DNA from: Eledone cirrhosa
Taxonomy: Eukaryota
Direction of reading: 5' to 3'
Assembly: GCA_964016885.1 (NCBI GenBank)
Contig: OZ024743.1
Span: forward strand, 79,980,001-80,044,000
DNA length: 64,000 nt
Positions 1-10,511 of this stretch are shown in pieces (within the stretch, counting starts at the first letter, position 1; the number at the start of each line of letters is the position of its first letter). A model generated the notes under the pieces. The model saw only the letters and a list, made by a program, of their open reading frames with translations. It made no database searches and was not told where the DNA came from. The translations under genes were made by a program, and so were the position numbers.

Positions 1-2
1 AT

Positions 3-1475
3 TCTCCCGTTCTGTTGCCAGTTGCAGTAGACCGCCTCAAGGAGATCGGGGAACAAGTCCGGCATATTAATATATAGTTCGTAGGGCAGACCATCGAGTC
101 CTGGAGATTTGCGTTTGCCGCATAGGCTCAGCACGTCCCCTATTTCAGCCGCTGAGATCGGCCCGTCGCAGGACCTCGCCTCCCTGTCCGAAAGACGCGG
201 CAGGCCGTCGAGGTATGGACCGAAATCCACATCTCCAACCGGCTCCCCGCCCCTCCCGAACAATTGGGCAAAGTGCCTTTGAAAGGCCTCGCACATTTGC
301 TTAGGTTCAAGGATCAGCCGTCCATCCTGGTCTCGCAAAGACCGGATAGTGGATTTAATCCCACTTTTCGCTTCTGTCACGCGGGCCCAGCTAACAGCTT
401 TGGTCCCCTCGTTTCCCAGAGCACGTATTTTGCTTCGGACAACGCAGCCTTCGTGTTTCGCGTCGAAGAACTGGTTCAAGACCGTTCTCGACGCTTGCAC
501 CCTGGCCACGTTGCCGCTTCTCATTGCCTCTTCAACATTAACTACCAACTCCCTTTCCTTCCTATTTCTATCTGAGGCTAACTCCTTACTAACTCCTATT
601 GAAACTACTCTAATCTCTCTTTTTAGAGAGCCCCACCACCTGTTGTTGACGATGGCGCCCGTCAACTGCTCCTTAACTAAGGTTCTAATCCGGTCCCTGT
701 AAGCTCTACTTGCCGGTAAGGACAAGTTGAGCTTCCAGTAACCGGGCCCCTGCCTATGCGGTCTATCAAGGTGGACTACGCAGGTCACTAACTTGTGGTC
801 TGAATAGCCCACCATGAGCATTTCTGGACAACTTAAAAAGTCCCTATCCTTAATTCTAACTAAGAACCTATCTAGGTACGATCTAGATTGACCACTGTTA
901 TTTGACCAGGTCCAGGTTGGTACAGTCTGAAAATCTAGTCGGTATCTATCGGCCAGGTCGAATCGGCCGATTAACCCCTTAAGGCTGTTGCACCCCCCTC
1001 TATCGGGACATGCCCCTACATAGTCCCAACGTGCATCTAAGATACCATTCCAGTCCCCCACTAAAAGCAAGGAGCGGGACGTCCCTAGAAAAGTCTCCAG
1101 ACGATGGAAGAAGTCCGACCGCATTGCCCCAAAAGGGGCGTATACGGCGACAAGCCTAAAAGCTTCGCCTTCGCCATTGCCAAGGTCCAGAACCACGAGT
1201 CGACTCTCCGGGTCCAAGTGTACCGTCTGTGTAGCGAGGCCCAGATGTTTTTGCAGCAGAACGACAACCCCACCCCCACCTCCGGGCTGACAGAGAGATG
1301 CGTGCATCTCAAAGTCATCAAAGGTGGGGGTTAGCTGTCGCATGCTGCTGATCCGGGCCTCGCAAATAACCATCACATTTACACATTGTGACCTGAGGTC
1401 ACTTAGAAGTTTAGCTTGCTTCCAAGGTGAGCCCAGGCCACGCGCATTTAGACAACCTACTCTTAAGACAGCCAT
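3..1475 (-). CDS. LINE ORF2 (AP endonuclease plus start of the reverse-transcriptase region), partial, open to the window edge
   Basis: Hand translation from the ATG at 1475: MAVLRVGCLNARGL..ICEAR..VYAP..LVGDWN..WTW..YLDRFLV..SDHKLV..GYWKLN..KSPGLDGLPYELY. No stop seen in about 491 codons; absent from the ORF track because it has no stop in the window. Confidence 0.92.
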   Translation of the reverse strand, partial: MAVLRVGCLNARGLGSPWKQAKLLSDLRSQCVNVMVICEARISSMRQLTPTFDDFEMHASLCQPGGGGGVVVLLQKHLGLATQTVHLDPESRLVVLDLGNGEGEAFRLVAVYAPFGAMRSDFFHRLETFLGTSRSLLLVGDWNGILDARWDYVGACPDRGGCNSLKGLIGRFDLADRYRLDFQTVPTWTWSNNSGQSRSYLDRFLVRIKDRDFLSCPEMLMVGYSDHKLVTCVVHLDRPHRQGPGYWKLNLSLPASRAYRDRIRTLVKEQLTGAIVNNRWWGSLKREIRVVSIGVSKELASDRNRKERELVVNVEEAMRSGNVARVQASRTVLNQFFDAKHEGCVVRSKIRALGNEGTKAVSWARVTEAKSGIKSTIRSLRDQDGRLILEPKQMCEAFQRHFAQLFGRGGEPVGDVDFGPYLDGLPRLSDREARSCDGPISAAEIGDVLSLCGKRKSPGLDGLPYELYINMPDLFPDLLEAVYCNWQQNGR

Positions 1476-1498
1476 GTTGGTGGCAAAGAAAGAGGCAC

Positions 1499-3247
1499 TT
1501 ACCTCTCTGCGTCCCGGGGTTCGGGTCGCTCAGTTTCCATGGGGCTGGTGGAGGGGTTGATGGGTGGGGTGGTGGTTTGTGGTGGTGTGGGGGTATTAGT
1601 GTGTGGAGGGGTTGGGATCTTTGGAGTTGTGTGGGTGTTTGAGGAGGGGAGGGGAAAACCTTTCAGGAGGACGCGGTTGAGTGGCCTGGTGCAGGGTGGG
1701 CCCACGTCCTCAGGGTACATGTCTTTTAAAGTTTTGAAAATGTCAAGTGGGATTTTCACCATTTTCAGGTTAGGGAGCCCCATTGCCGTTACGAAATTCG
1801 GCCCTTCGGTTTGTATCGAAGGGTTGGTTTCTACTTTTAAAGTTAGGTTTTCATTGTTTTTGTTTATGTATGTGTAGAGTTTTTGTGTTGTTGTGTTTGT
1901 TTTTGCTTGTTGTTGTTGAGTGAGTTTGCGTTTTATTGTCTATGTTGTGTTGTCAGGTGGGGTTATTTTTGTTTGTGTGGTGTGTGTACGTTTTTTTCTT
2001 TTCACTTTTTGGAAGGGAGCCCCCTCGTCTTCCGACGATATGAGCTCCTCTTCCGTATTGGAGGGGAGGGGTATATCTCCGGGTTGTGTATGAACTGTTT
2101 TTGTATTTGTGTTCTGTGTGGTGGGGCTGGGTGGGACCGTGTTTTGGGTTGTTTTCTTGAGCTGTTGTTGATGTTGTTGTTGTTGTGGTGGTGGTGGTGT
2201 TGATTTTTGTTGTTCTGGTGGAGATGGTAGTGTATTTTGTTGTTTTTGTGATGGTGGTGCTGGTTGTTTTTGTTGTTGTTGTGGTGTTTGTAGCAGTGGT
2301 TTTTTAGTTGTTAGTAGAGGGCAGGCCGTCCTCAGGTGACCTCTGCCAGCGCAGTGGTAACATGAGGGTCTCCTGCCTTCCACTGTGATATTTATGTAGG
2401 TTCGCCCATCCAGTAGCACTCGGTCGGGTATTCCGGAGATTCTCTCAGGTGTCATCTGTAAGAGAACCTCCAGACTTTTCCCCCCGAACAGTCCACTGGT
2501 GGACTCCCCTGCTGAAATTAGTATGTCCTTATCTAGGTCGGTAAATCCTGTTAGGACGGACCAGATGTTAATTTCTGGCGTAGGGCTCCACATTCTTATC
2601 CTTTGTGTTCTTCTTCCTTTATATGTGGGGAAGAAGGTGTATTGTGGTGACACTATAGGTGCCACCGAATATTTCTGAGCCAGCATTTCGTCCTTCATTC
2701 GGACCATAATGCTGGCATACAGCTTTCCTCTTTGAATAAAGAGTATGTCATTTTTCATTTCTTTCAGAACCAGCTCGATTTGACTTTCGGTCAATTGCAC
2801 TGGCTTTCTCGTTTCGTTGGTTATGGTTCTGTAGCTTACGGTATTCTTGTAAATCTGTTCACGCACTTCTTCTGGGGAGTTGATCGTAAAAGAACCATCC
2901 TCCCCAAAAGATACGTATTTTCTAGCCTCTAGCAAATTTTCCTTGGCGTTCGTGATGTCAATGGCTTTGTATTCCGTGGCTCTCCTGAGTGTTTGGGCAA
3001 AAGAAATTTTGTCTTTGTTTGTTGTTGTAATGTTGTTGGTTTCCTTATTTGTGGTGTTATTTTTTTCTTGAAAATTAATTTTTTCATTTGAATTGAAATT
3101 CTTTTTTTCATTGGAGAGGAGGGGTTGTTCAACAGTTTGAACTGTTGTTCCCTCTTTCCCGCTTGTTTTTTTGGTCGGCGTGGCGTTCGCTTCCAATATG
3201 GCGATATCGTTTTCGACGATATCGTTATCAACGATATCGATAAACAT
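1499..3247 (-). pseudogene. LINE ORF1 (gag-like nucleic-acid-binding protein with CCHC zinc knuckle), interrupted by one in-frame TAG at 1940-1942
   Basis: ORF 1940..3247 contains CYHCAGRGHLRTAC. The frame continues without stops past the TAG (TIKRKLTQQQQ...MGLPNLK...) into ORF 1499..1783 and ends at TAA 23 nt before the ORF2 ATG. Confidence 0.85.
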
Positions 3248-3499
3248 TTCTGAAATATTTATTTTTCACCCCAAAAGGGGTGAAAATATATTTACCCGAC
3301 GTCTAGAGTCCCAGACTAGGGGTTACAGTTAATTATACAAAAGAATTCAAAAAAATCCACTCACAAAATTAGCAGGTAAAAATCCAAATCACAGAGCGAT
3401 ATGACACACGTCTACTATCCTCAGACAGACAGACAGACAGACAGACAGACACACAGACTAACAACAAATTAATCAAAGAAGCAAGGTGGAGATAATAAT

Positions 3500-3611
3500 A
3501 ATTGTTTCTACTTTAGGCACAAGGCCAGCAATTACCCAGTGCATTACTGGTACTTTATTTTATCGACCCCGTAAGGATGAAAGGCAAAGTTAACCTCGGC
3601 GGGATTTGAAC
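3500..3611 (-). mobile_element. tRNA-derived SINE family A, 5'-truncated copy
   Basis: Matches the other copies: GTTCAAATCCCGCCGAGGTTAACTTTGCCTTTCATCCTTACGGGGTCGATAAAATAAAGTACCAG. Confidence 0.8.
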
Positions 3612-3716
3612 AATAATGATAATCATTTCTAATTCAAGCTCAAGGCCAGCAATTTGATAATACAGATATAATATAAGAGAGACTAAGGAATGAAAGAATG
3701 GAAGAAGGAACAGAAG

Positions 3717-3862
3717 AATATATGGTCCCTATAGAAGTGGGACCATCCCTGTAATATATGGTCCCTATAGAATGTGGGACCATCCCTGTAATATATGGTC
3801 CCTATAGAAGTGGGACGATCTTGTAATATATGGTCCCTATAGAAGAGGGACCATCTTGTAAT
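3717..3862. repeat. Minisatellite, 4 x 35-37 bp, each unit with an internal hairpin
   Basis: Unit AATATATGGTCCCTATAGAAGTGGGACCATCCCTGT; ATGGTCCC/GGGACCAT stem. Confidence 0.9.
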
Positions 3863-3985
3863 TTACTTCATAATGTGATCGATGGCTAAATAATCGATAA
3901 AAAATATAAAATTCATTGAAAGGGGTGGAATGTGCCAGTAATAATAATTGCTTTCAACATAGGTATATATATATATATATATATA

Positions 3986-4247
3986 TGCTGACCAGGACTA
4001 CCATGTTGCTTGTTTATTTCCTTTCTTTGGTTTGTTTTCATCCTTCTATGTTGTTCACTTGTCCCCCTCGCTTTACGCGAATTACTGGTCCCAATAACTT
4101 TTTTTAGATTATTGCTCGCACCAACCTGAGGTATCTGATTTTTAATGCGATGAAATACCAATGATGGTTGAAAAATCACTGACGAAGGACTATTTTTATC
4201 ATATGTAACCCATGTGCAAACCACGCAGTATTCTTCTTTCTTCTCAT

Positions 4248-4250
<3 letters not shown>
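3986..4250 (+). mobile_element. Short (TA)n-flanked retroelement 3' fragment (probably a PLE pseudo-LTR) carrying a permuted hammerhead-like structure
   Basis: Bounded by (TA)n on both sides; homologous to 10090-10280. Confidence 0.6.
4088..4190 (+). ncRNA. Candidate permuted, pseudoknotted hammerhead ribozyme with kink-turn (copy 1)
   Basis: GGTA-TC (4130-4135), GAAA-TACC (4152-4159), CTGACGA (4179-4185), stem I TGATTTTT/AAAAATCA; covaries with copy 2. Confidence 0.65.
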
Positions 4251-4297
<47 letters not shown>

Positions 4298-4301
<4 letters not shown>

Positions 4302-4383
4302 TAAATCATGTCCTTAGAATTATTAGATAAAATATATACCATATATTTTATCTAATAATTCTGAGGACATGACTTATGATATA
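4298..4383. repeat. Near-perfect foldback inverted repeat at the edge of (TA)n
   Basis: ATCATAAATCATGTCCTTAGAATTATTAGATAAAA / TTTTATCTAATAATTCTGAGGACATGACTTATGAT. Confidence 0.85.
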
Positions 4384-4474
4384 TTGCTCTGATTATTTAA
4401 TTTATTAATTCTTCATTGAGCCAAAACGTGACCGGTTGCCGCATATATATCTATGACTTTATGTATATGTAAAT

Positions 4475-4505
<31 letters not shown>

Positions 4506-5410
4506 CTTTATGGTATGAAGCATGAGTGAGAGAGTTAGAATGAGGGAGGTGTAGGGGAGAGTGAGAGATATGGAAAGAAACAGATGTGGACACACAAGGT
4601 AGAATGTCGACAGAGATAATGCGGGGTATTCCGTCTCCTACTACACCAGAACCCCACCAAAGTACCACCTGTTGACTGCTAACTTATTTATCTTCACCTC
4701 GGTGAGATGTGAACTCAGAGATCCGAGAGTCGCAACTAATAACGTGAAATTTAATCTGGTGCTCCTTCGGCTTTGTCAATTCTCCGCCTTAATATAACAA
4801 ATGTATGTTCACTGAAATGTTCTAGAATATGAGAGATATGAGGGGAAAGATAATTTGATTGATCCATCTGATCCATTGATATCTATAAGTATATTAACAG
4901 TGTGTCTACTGTGGAGTTGATATATTATATTGATTAATTAAATGAACACAAAGCGTCGGGTAATGAAACGAGGAGGGAATCTCCGTGGTATGCAAATTAC
5001 ATCACAGCTGGTTGGAATATCTTACAAGATAACTGTTAAGAACAACTGCTAACCAATTCCTTTGGTGAAACCTGAAGTTACAGAGACGAAAAGTCTCTTG
5101 TAAGACGAACAGATGCCAGACAAACAGCAGGGAGAAAACTCCTGATGGTGAACACAGCGCTGGAAACACGTAACATAAAAAGAGGCCGAACAGCCTCGTG
5201 ACGTATGTGTAATGATATGAAACAAATGTGCAAGTCTCCATGTTGTCCACCCTAATGATGGAAATAGCAGTTAAAGGTCTCCCTCGTCATATCTTTACCA
5301 TCCTAAAATAGTAGATATTGGACGATCAAGGTAGGACTAGGGCTGAACTAGAGATAAACAACATCAAAACAATATATTTCATGATGATACACAGCAGCAC
5401 ACACACACAC

Positions 5411-5496
<86 letters not shown>

Positions 5497-5499
<3 letters not shown>

Positions 5500-5608
5500 G
5501 GAAAATGTTTAACCCCTTGGGGTTAAACATTTTCCTATTACCCACTCTACTACGCTAAGTATTGAGTACTCTGGTGCGTTATGGTCCATCTGGTTCCTTA
5601 CCACAAAT
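5497..5608 (+). mobile_element. Hairpin-plus-tail mini-element (PLE pLTR-derived family), short-hairpin variant, tail interrupted by a SINE
   Basis: ATAGGAAAATGTTTAACCCC-TT-GGGGTTAAACATTTTCCTAT followed by the same TACCCACTCTACTA...TTATGGTCCA tail as 7142-7219. Confidence 0.8.
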
Positions 5609-5773
5609 GGCAGTATAAGTATAGAGTCGGACACCATGCTTTCGATCTGAGTCCCTTTACGATCTGAATTCAAATCCCGCCGAGGTTAACTTTGCCTTTC
5701 TCCTTACGGGGTCGATAAAATAAAGTACCAGTAATACACTGGTAATTGCTGGCCTTGTGCCAAAAGTAGAAAC

Positions 5774-5776
<3 letters not shown>
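5608..5776 (+). mobile_element. tRNA-derived SINE family A
   Basis: A-box-like TGGCAGTATAAG, B-box-like ATTCAAATCC, family body and tail CAAAAGTAGAAACAATT. Confidence 0.8.
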
Positions 5777-5830
<54 letters not shown>

Positions 5831-5910
5831 AAAGGTAAACAGAAATAACAACACAATCGGTACAGTATATGGAAGGGATATATTAGGTTAAAGCTTGATA
5901 TAGCAGGAAG

Positions 5911-5976
<66 letters not shown>

Positions 5977-6044
5977 GCGTGTTTAATGATAGCTATGGTG
6001 CTTCCATAGGCGGTATGCCACTTGAGCACTCAATATATATATAT

Positions 6045-6149
<105 letters not shown>

Positions 6150-6169
6150 GAGAGAGAGTGAGATTCAAA

Positions 6170-6380
6170 ATCCCGACCGCAGTGCCAAACGGGAGAGATA
6201 CGCAGTGATATACATGTGGAAGTTCGTGGAAGGACTAGGACCATAGTTTGGCATTGAAGCTGGACCAATCCTCGAACAGGATTCAAAAGTCGTGTCACAT
6301 CTTCCACATCTAGATTAAGGAGAAGTTACTGTAATATCATTAGATACAAGGGCAGCCCGCTCTTTAGAATGCTACTAGAA
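6170..6380 (+). mobile_element. CR1/L2-type LINE ORF2 C-terminal remnant
   Basis: Translation KRERYAVIYMWKFVEGL...GSPLFRML resembles the post-RT RR.R..LI..WKI..G...LFN.LP tail of CR1-type LINEs (recalled). Confidence 0.5.
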
Positions 6381-6884
6381 TCGATTCTGACACACAGGTT
6401 TTCTACTTCAGTCAATACTTTCCAAATCTTTCAAATTTTGATATTGGTTATAACGCACACGCATTTTATTTTTTTATTTGTTTGGCACCCCTCATTATGT
6501 GAAATGGTGGCAGGATAGATGCCAACCCCCACACACAAATTCTTCTGAACATAGCAGCAGAAAACCAAAGCCGACCTGCCAGCTGGTCCCTTAACACCAC
6601 TACCACTACCAACACAATGGAGGAGGTCAGTTATACTTAAACAAAAACAACTACAACCGATTGTCTTGCCTCAGAAAAATTTCTATAGACTTTTGACTGA
6701 GGAATGTTCTCACAACTGACCAATGGGATTGGTCCTATGACGCCGAAATTCGTTTGTTCTAATTCATATGATTCCAGTTCCTCAGAGAAATAACAACGCA
6801 ACCAGGAGCTGGACATATCGTAGTATTGACAGAGTAAAACACACTTCAACAACATGTGTACCTGTCTCTACCACACCAATTCGG

Positions 6885-6939
6885 ACTGCCTGAAGACGTC
6901 ACAGCCAATGATGGCTGTCACCGAAATATATATAGCAGT
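6885..6939 (+). ncRNA. Minimal type I hammerhead ribozyme (PLE-type)
   Basis: ACTGC-CTGAAGA-stem II (ACAGCCA/TGGCTGT)-GAAA-TATATA-TA-GCAGT; palindromic minimal stem III. Confidence 0.75.
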
Positions 6940-6990
6940 ATATCTATAATTTATAATAAACGAAGCCAAATTTTACCTATTTGACTTAAT

Positions 6991-7018
<28 letters not shown>

Positions 7019-7022
<4 letters not shown>

Positions 7023-7217
7023 GAACGAGTAGGACCCCGACGGCTGAGCTCAAGCCGTTTCGACGGCTAATTCTGGACTCAGTCCAGAATTAGCCGTCGA
7101 AACGGCTTGAGCTCAGCCGTCGGGGTCCTACTCGTTCCTATTACCCACTCTACTACCCTAAGCATTGAGTACTTTGGTGCGTTATGGTCCACCTGGTTCC
7201 TTGCCACAGTTCCTCCG

Positions 7218-7219
<2 letters not shown>
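7019..7219 (+). mobile_element. Hairpin-plus-tail mini-element in (TA)n: perfect 61-bp foldback plus 78-nt tail
   Basis: 7019-7079 is the exact reverse complement of 7081-7141; contains the HHR 3' half GAAA-CGGCT-tgagctc-AGCCG-TC; near-identical copy at 59531. Confidence 0.9.
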
Positions 7220-7272
<53 letters not shown>

Positions 7273-7371
7273 TCCTCCCAATATGTATTTATCAAAGTCC
7301 TCTGCAACTAATTCCAGAAATTAATAACAAGACACTCACCCATCCAGACACATATACACACACAAACATAC

Positions 7372-7486
<115 letters not shown>

Positions 7487-7519
7487 TATATATATATACA
7501 TATATATATACATATATAT

Positions 7520-7597
<78 letters not shown>

Positions 7598-7684
7598 ACA
7601 TATATATAATATATATATGTATATATATATATATGCATGAATTATATGTATTTATACATACGCGCACGCAGATAACCCCCTATA

Positions 7685-7843
<159 letters not shown>

Positions 7844-8357
7844 GGGCAGATTATACATATTTTATAATTTATACATATAATACATAAACACACACACATA
7901 GATAGAGAATTAGAGACAGAGATATATAGATTGAAGGAAAGAAAGTGAGAGAGGGAGAGAGAGAGAGAGAGAGAGGGTGATAGGGATAGAACATGAAAAA
8001 GGGTGATTGGTGTGGTAGGGCTCCAAGAAAAGGGATCAATAGGTTTCAGAGAAATGGCATTCTTGTTCATTGAAAAATCATTTTAAAGAAAAGAGAAAAT
8101 ATTTAAATGTATATAAAAAGGAAATATAAGAAAATTTCAATGTAAAAACCTATGATGGAGGTAGTGTTAAAATGGAAGTAATGCTAAGTGCATATTTCTC
8201 TCAGACAAAAATATAGAGATTACTACACGAACGAGAATACGGGTTAAAACAAATTAATCCTCAAATATCGACCCAGCCCCCATCAAACATATATACACAT
8301 CTACATATGCATGTATCTATGTGTGTATGTATGTATGTATGTATGTATGTATGTATG

Positions 8358-8424
<67 letters not shown>

Positions 8425-8717
8425 GTATATATACTTATGTATTTATAAATATAGATATATTTATATATATTCATATATTTATAAATTTATATAAATATTT
8501 ATATATGTATTTATAAATAAATATATATATACTTATTCATATTTATATATATATATTTATTAATGTATTTATAAATAAATATATATATACTTATTCATAT
8601 GTATATATATATATATATATATATACATATGAATAAGTATATATATATATATTTATTTATAAATACATTGATATATGTATATATGTATTTATTAATGTAT
8701 TTATAAATATATATATA

Positions 8718-8853
<136 letters not shown>

Positions 8854-8960
8854 TAATTTATATATATATATTTATTAAATATATAAATATATATATATTT
8901 ATGCATATGTATATATATATATATATAAATATATATATATTTATATATATATAACTTTGA

Positions 8961-9013
<53 letters not shown>

Positions 9014-9198
9014 GTGTGTGTGTGTGTGTGTGTGTATGTGTGCGTGCGTGTTTGTGTGTACGCACGTGTGTGTATATACACATATATTATATATGTGTAT
9101 GTATATTATATATACATCTATTCCCACAAGCAATATAAGTACAACTTTCCCATGGACACTTAATTTCATTCCTCTGTTTCCTAATGCAACTACATGCA

Positions 9199-9280
<82 letters not shown>

Positions 9281-9562
9281 TTGAGTTTTTGTGTATCTGT
9301 ATATTCATCATACATATATATACACATATATATTTATACACCTTTACATGTGAGTCCTCTGGTTGACGAGGCAAATCCCTCATATAATGATTGTATGAAA
9401 AGTAAGCAGTTTGTGGTCTTTGAAACTACTTCCCTGTTATGTAAATGAAATTGAAGTCCTTATTCATGTGTATATATATTTTATGTCAGCCGGTATATAT
9501 ACGAATCAAACGCAAGTAATAAACGATATTTACATATACCCATATATGAACGCCATATACAT

Positions 9563-9597
<35 letters not shown>

Positions 9598-9607
9598 AAT
9601 ATATATG

Positions 9608-9724
<117 letters not shown>

Positions 9725-9725
9725 G

Positions 9726-9813
<88 letters not shown>

Positions 9814-9821
9814 TTTATATA

Positions 9822-10280
9822 TATCTCTTTCGTCTGCGACTTCACAAAACTTATGTTTACCGAATTCGTAGACCAGACCCCTTCTTCTTCTTCTTCTTCT
9901 TCTTCTTCTTCTTCTTCTTCTTCTTCTTCTTCTTCCCCCCTCCCCCCGTTAGACTTGTGCGAAATTCTTTCCTTGCTCACATTTCAACCAGGTTTGATGG
10001 TCTTTTGTCTCTTGTTCACGATTTCACCGAGTTTATATTCATAGAGATCTGGGACTTGTCTATTTCTTCTCACTTTCCGTTGCTTAAACCTTTTTGTTTG
10101 TTACCCTGGCGTCCCCTTTGTTTACGTGTCCCAACGACTTTTTTTAGCCGTTGTTCGCACCAACCTGAGGCATATGGCCCTTAAAGCGATGAAATGCCTG
10201 GGACGGTTGGAGGGTCACTGATGAAGGACTTACTTTTTCATATGCCCCACCATTTGCAACGCGCAGCCATCATTATTATC
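9822..10280 (+). mobile_element. (TA)n-flanked retroelement 3' end (possible RT C-terminus plus 3'UTR/pLTR) with permuted hammerhead
   Basis: Homologous to 3986-4250; upstream translation [10 protein letters not shown]../[16 protein letters not shown] weakly resembles the end of a PLE RT thumb; internal (TTC)n. Confidence 0.55.
10128..10229 (+). ncRNA. Candidate permuted, pseudoknotted hammerhead ribozyme with kink-turn (copy 2)
   Basis: GGCA-TA (10169-10174), GAAA-TGCC (10191-10198), CTGATGA (10218-10224), stem I TGGCCCTT/GAGGGTCA. Confidence 0.65.
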
Positions 10281-10294
10281 ATATATATATATAT

Positions 10295-10430
<136 letters not shown>

Positions 10431-10458
10431 GTATCTGTGTGTGTTTTTATATATACAT

Positions 10459-10505
<47 letters not shown>

Positions 10506-10511
<6 letters not shown>

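Larger units (their letters stand above)
1..3422 (-). mobile_element. Non-LTR retrotransposon of the L1/Tx1 clade, 5' portion (5'UTR, ORF1, start of ORF2); continues beyond the left window edge
   Basis: Two-ORF layout with a CCHC-knuckle ORF1 and an APE-RT ORF2 on the minus strand; GC-rich relative to flanks; the 5' end (GGATAGTAGACGTGTG...) abuts a (GACA)n tract at 3423-3458. Confidence 0.9.

Noticed and set aside
264-3231. Plus-strand and alternative-frame ORFs overlapping the LINE
   Set aside because: Shadow frames of Tx1 ORF1 and ORF2.
3717-3862. CRISPR-like 36-bp palindromic repeats
   Set aside because: No spacers between units; this is an ordinary minisatellite.
4122-4170. SECIS element reading of the tandem GA motif
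   Set aside because: It lacks the AUGA-first orientation, the long helix II and the apical AA. The 3-nt bulge geometry fits a standard k-turn instead, and no UGA-containing ORF is seen upstream.
9360-9440. Additional hammerhead-like remnants here and at about 14655, 16213, 30395 and 31133
   Set aside because: Core nucleotides or stems are too degenerate to distinguish from chance.
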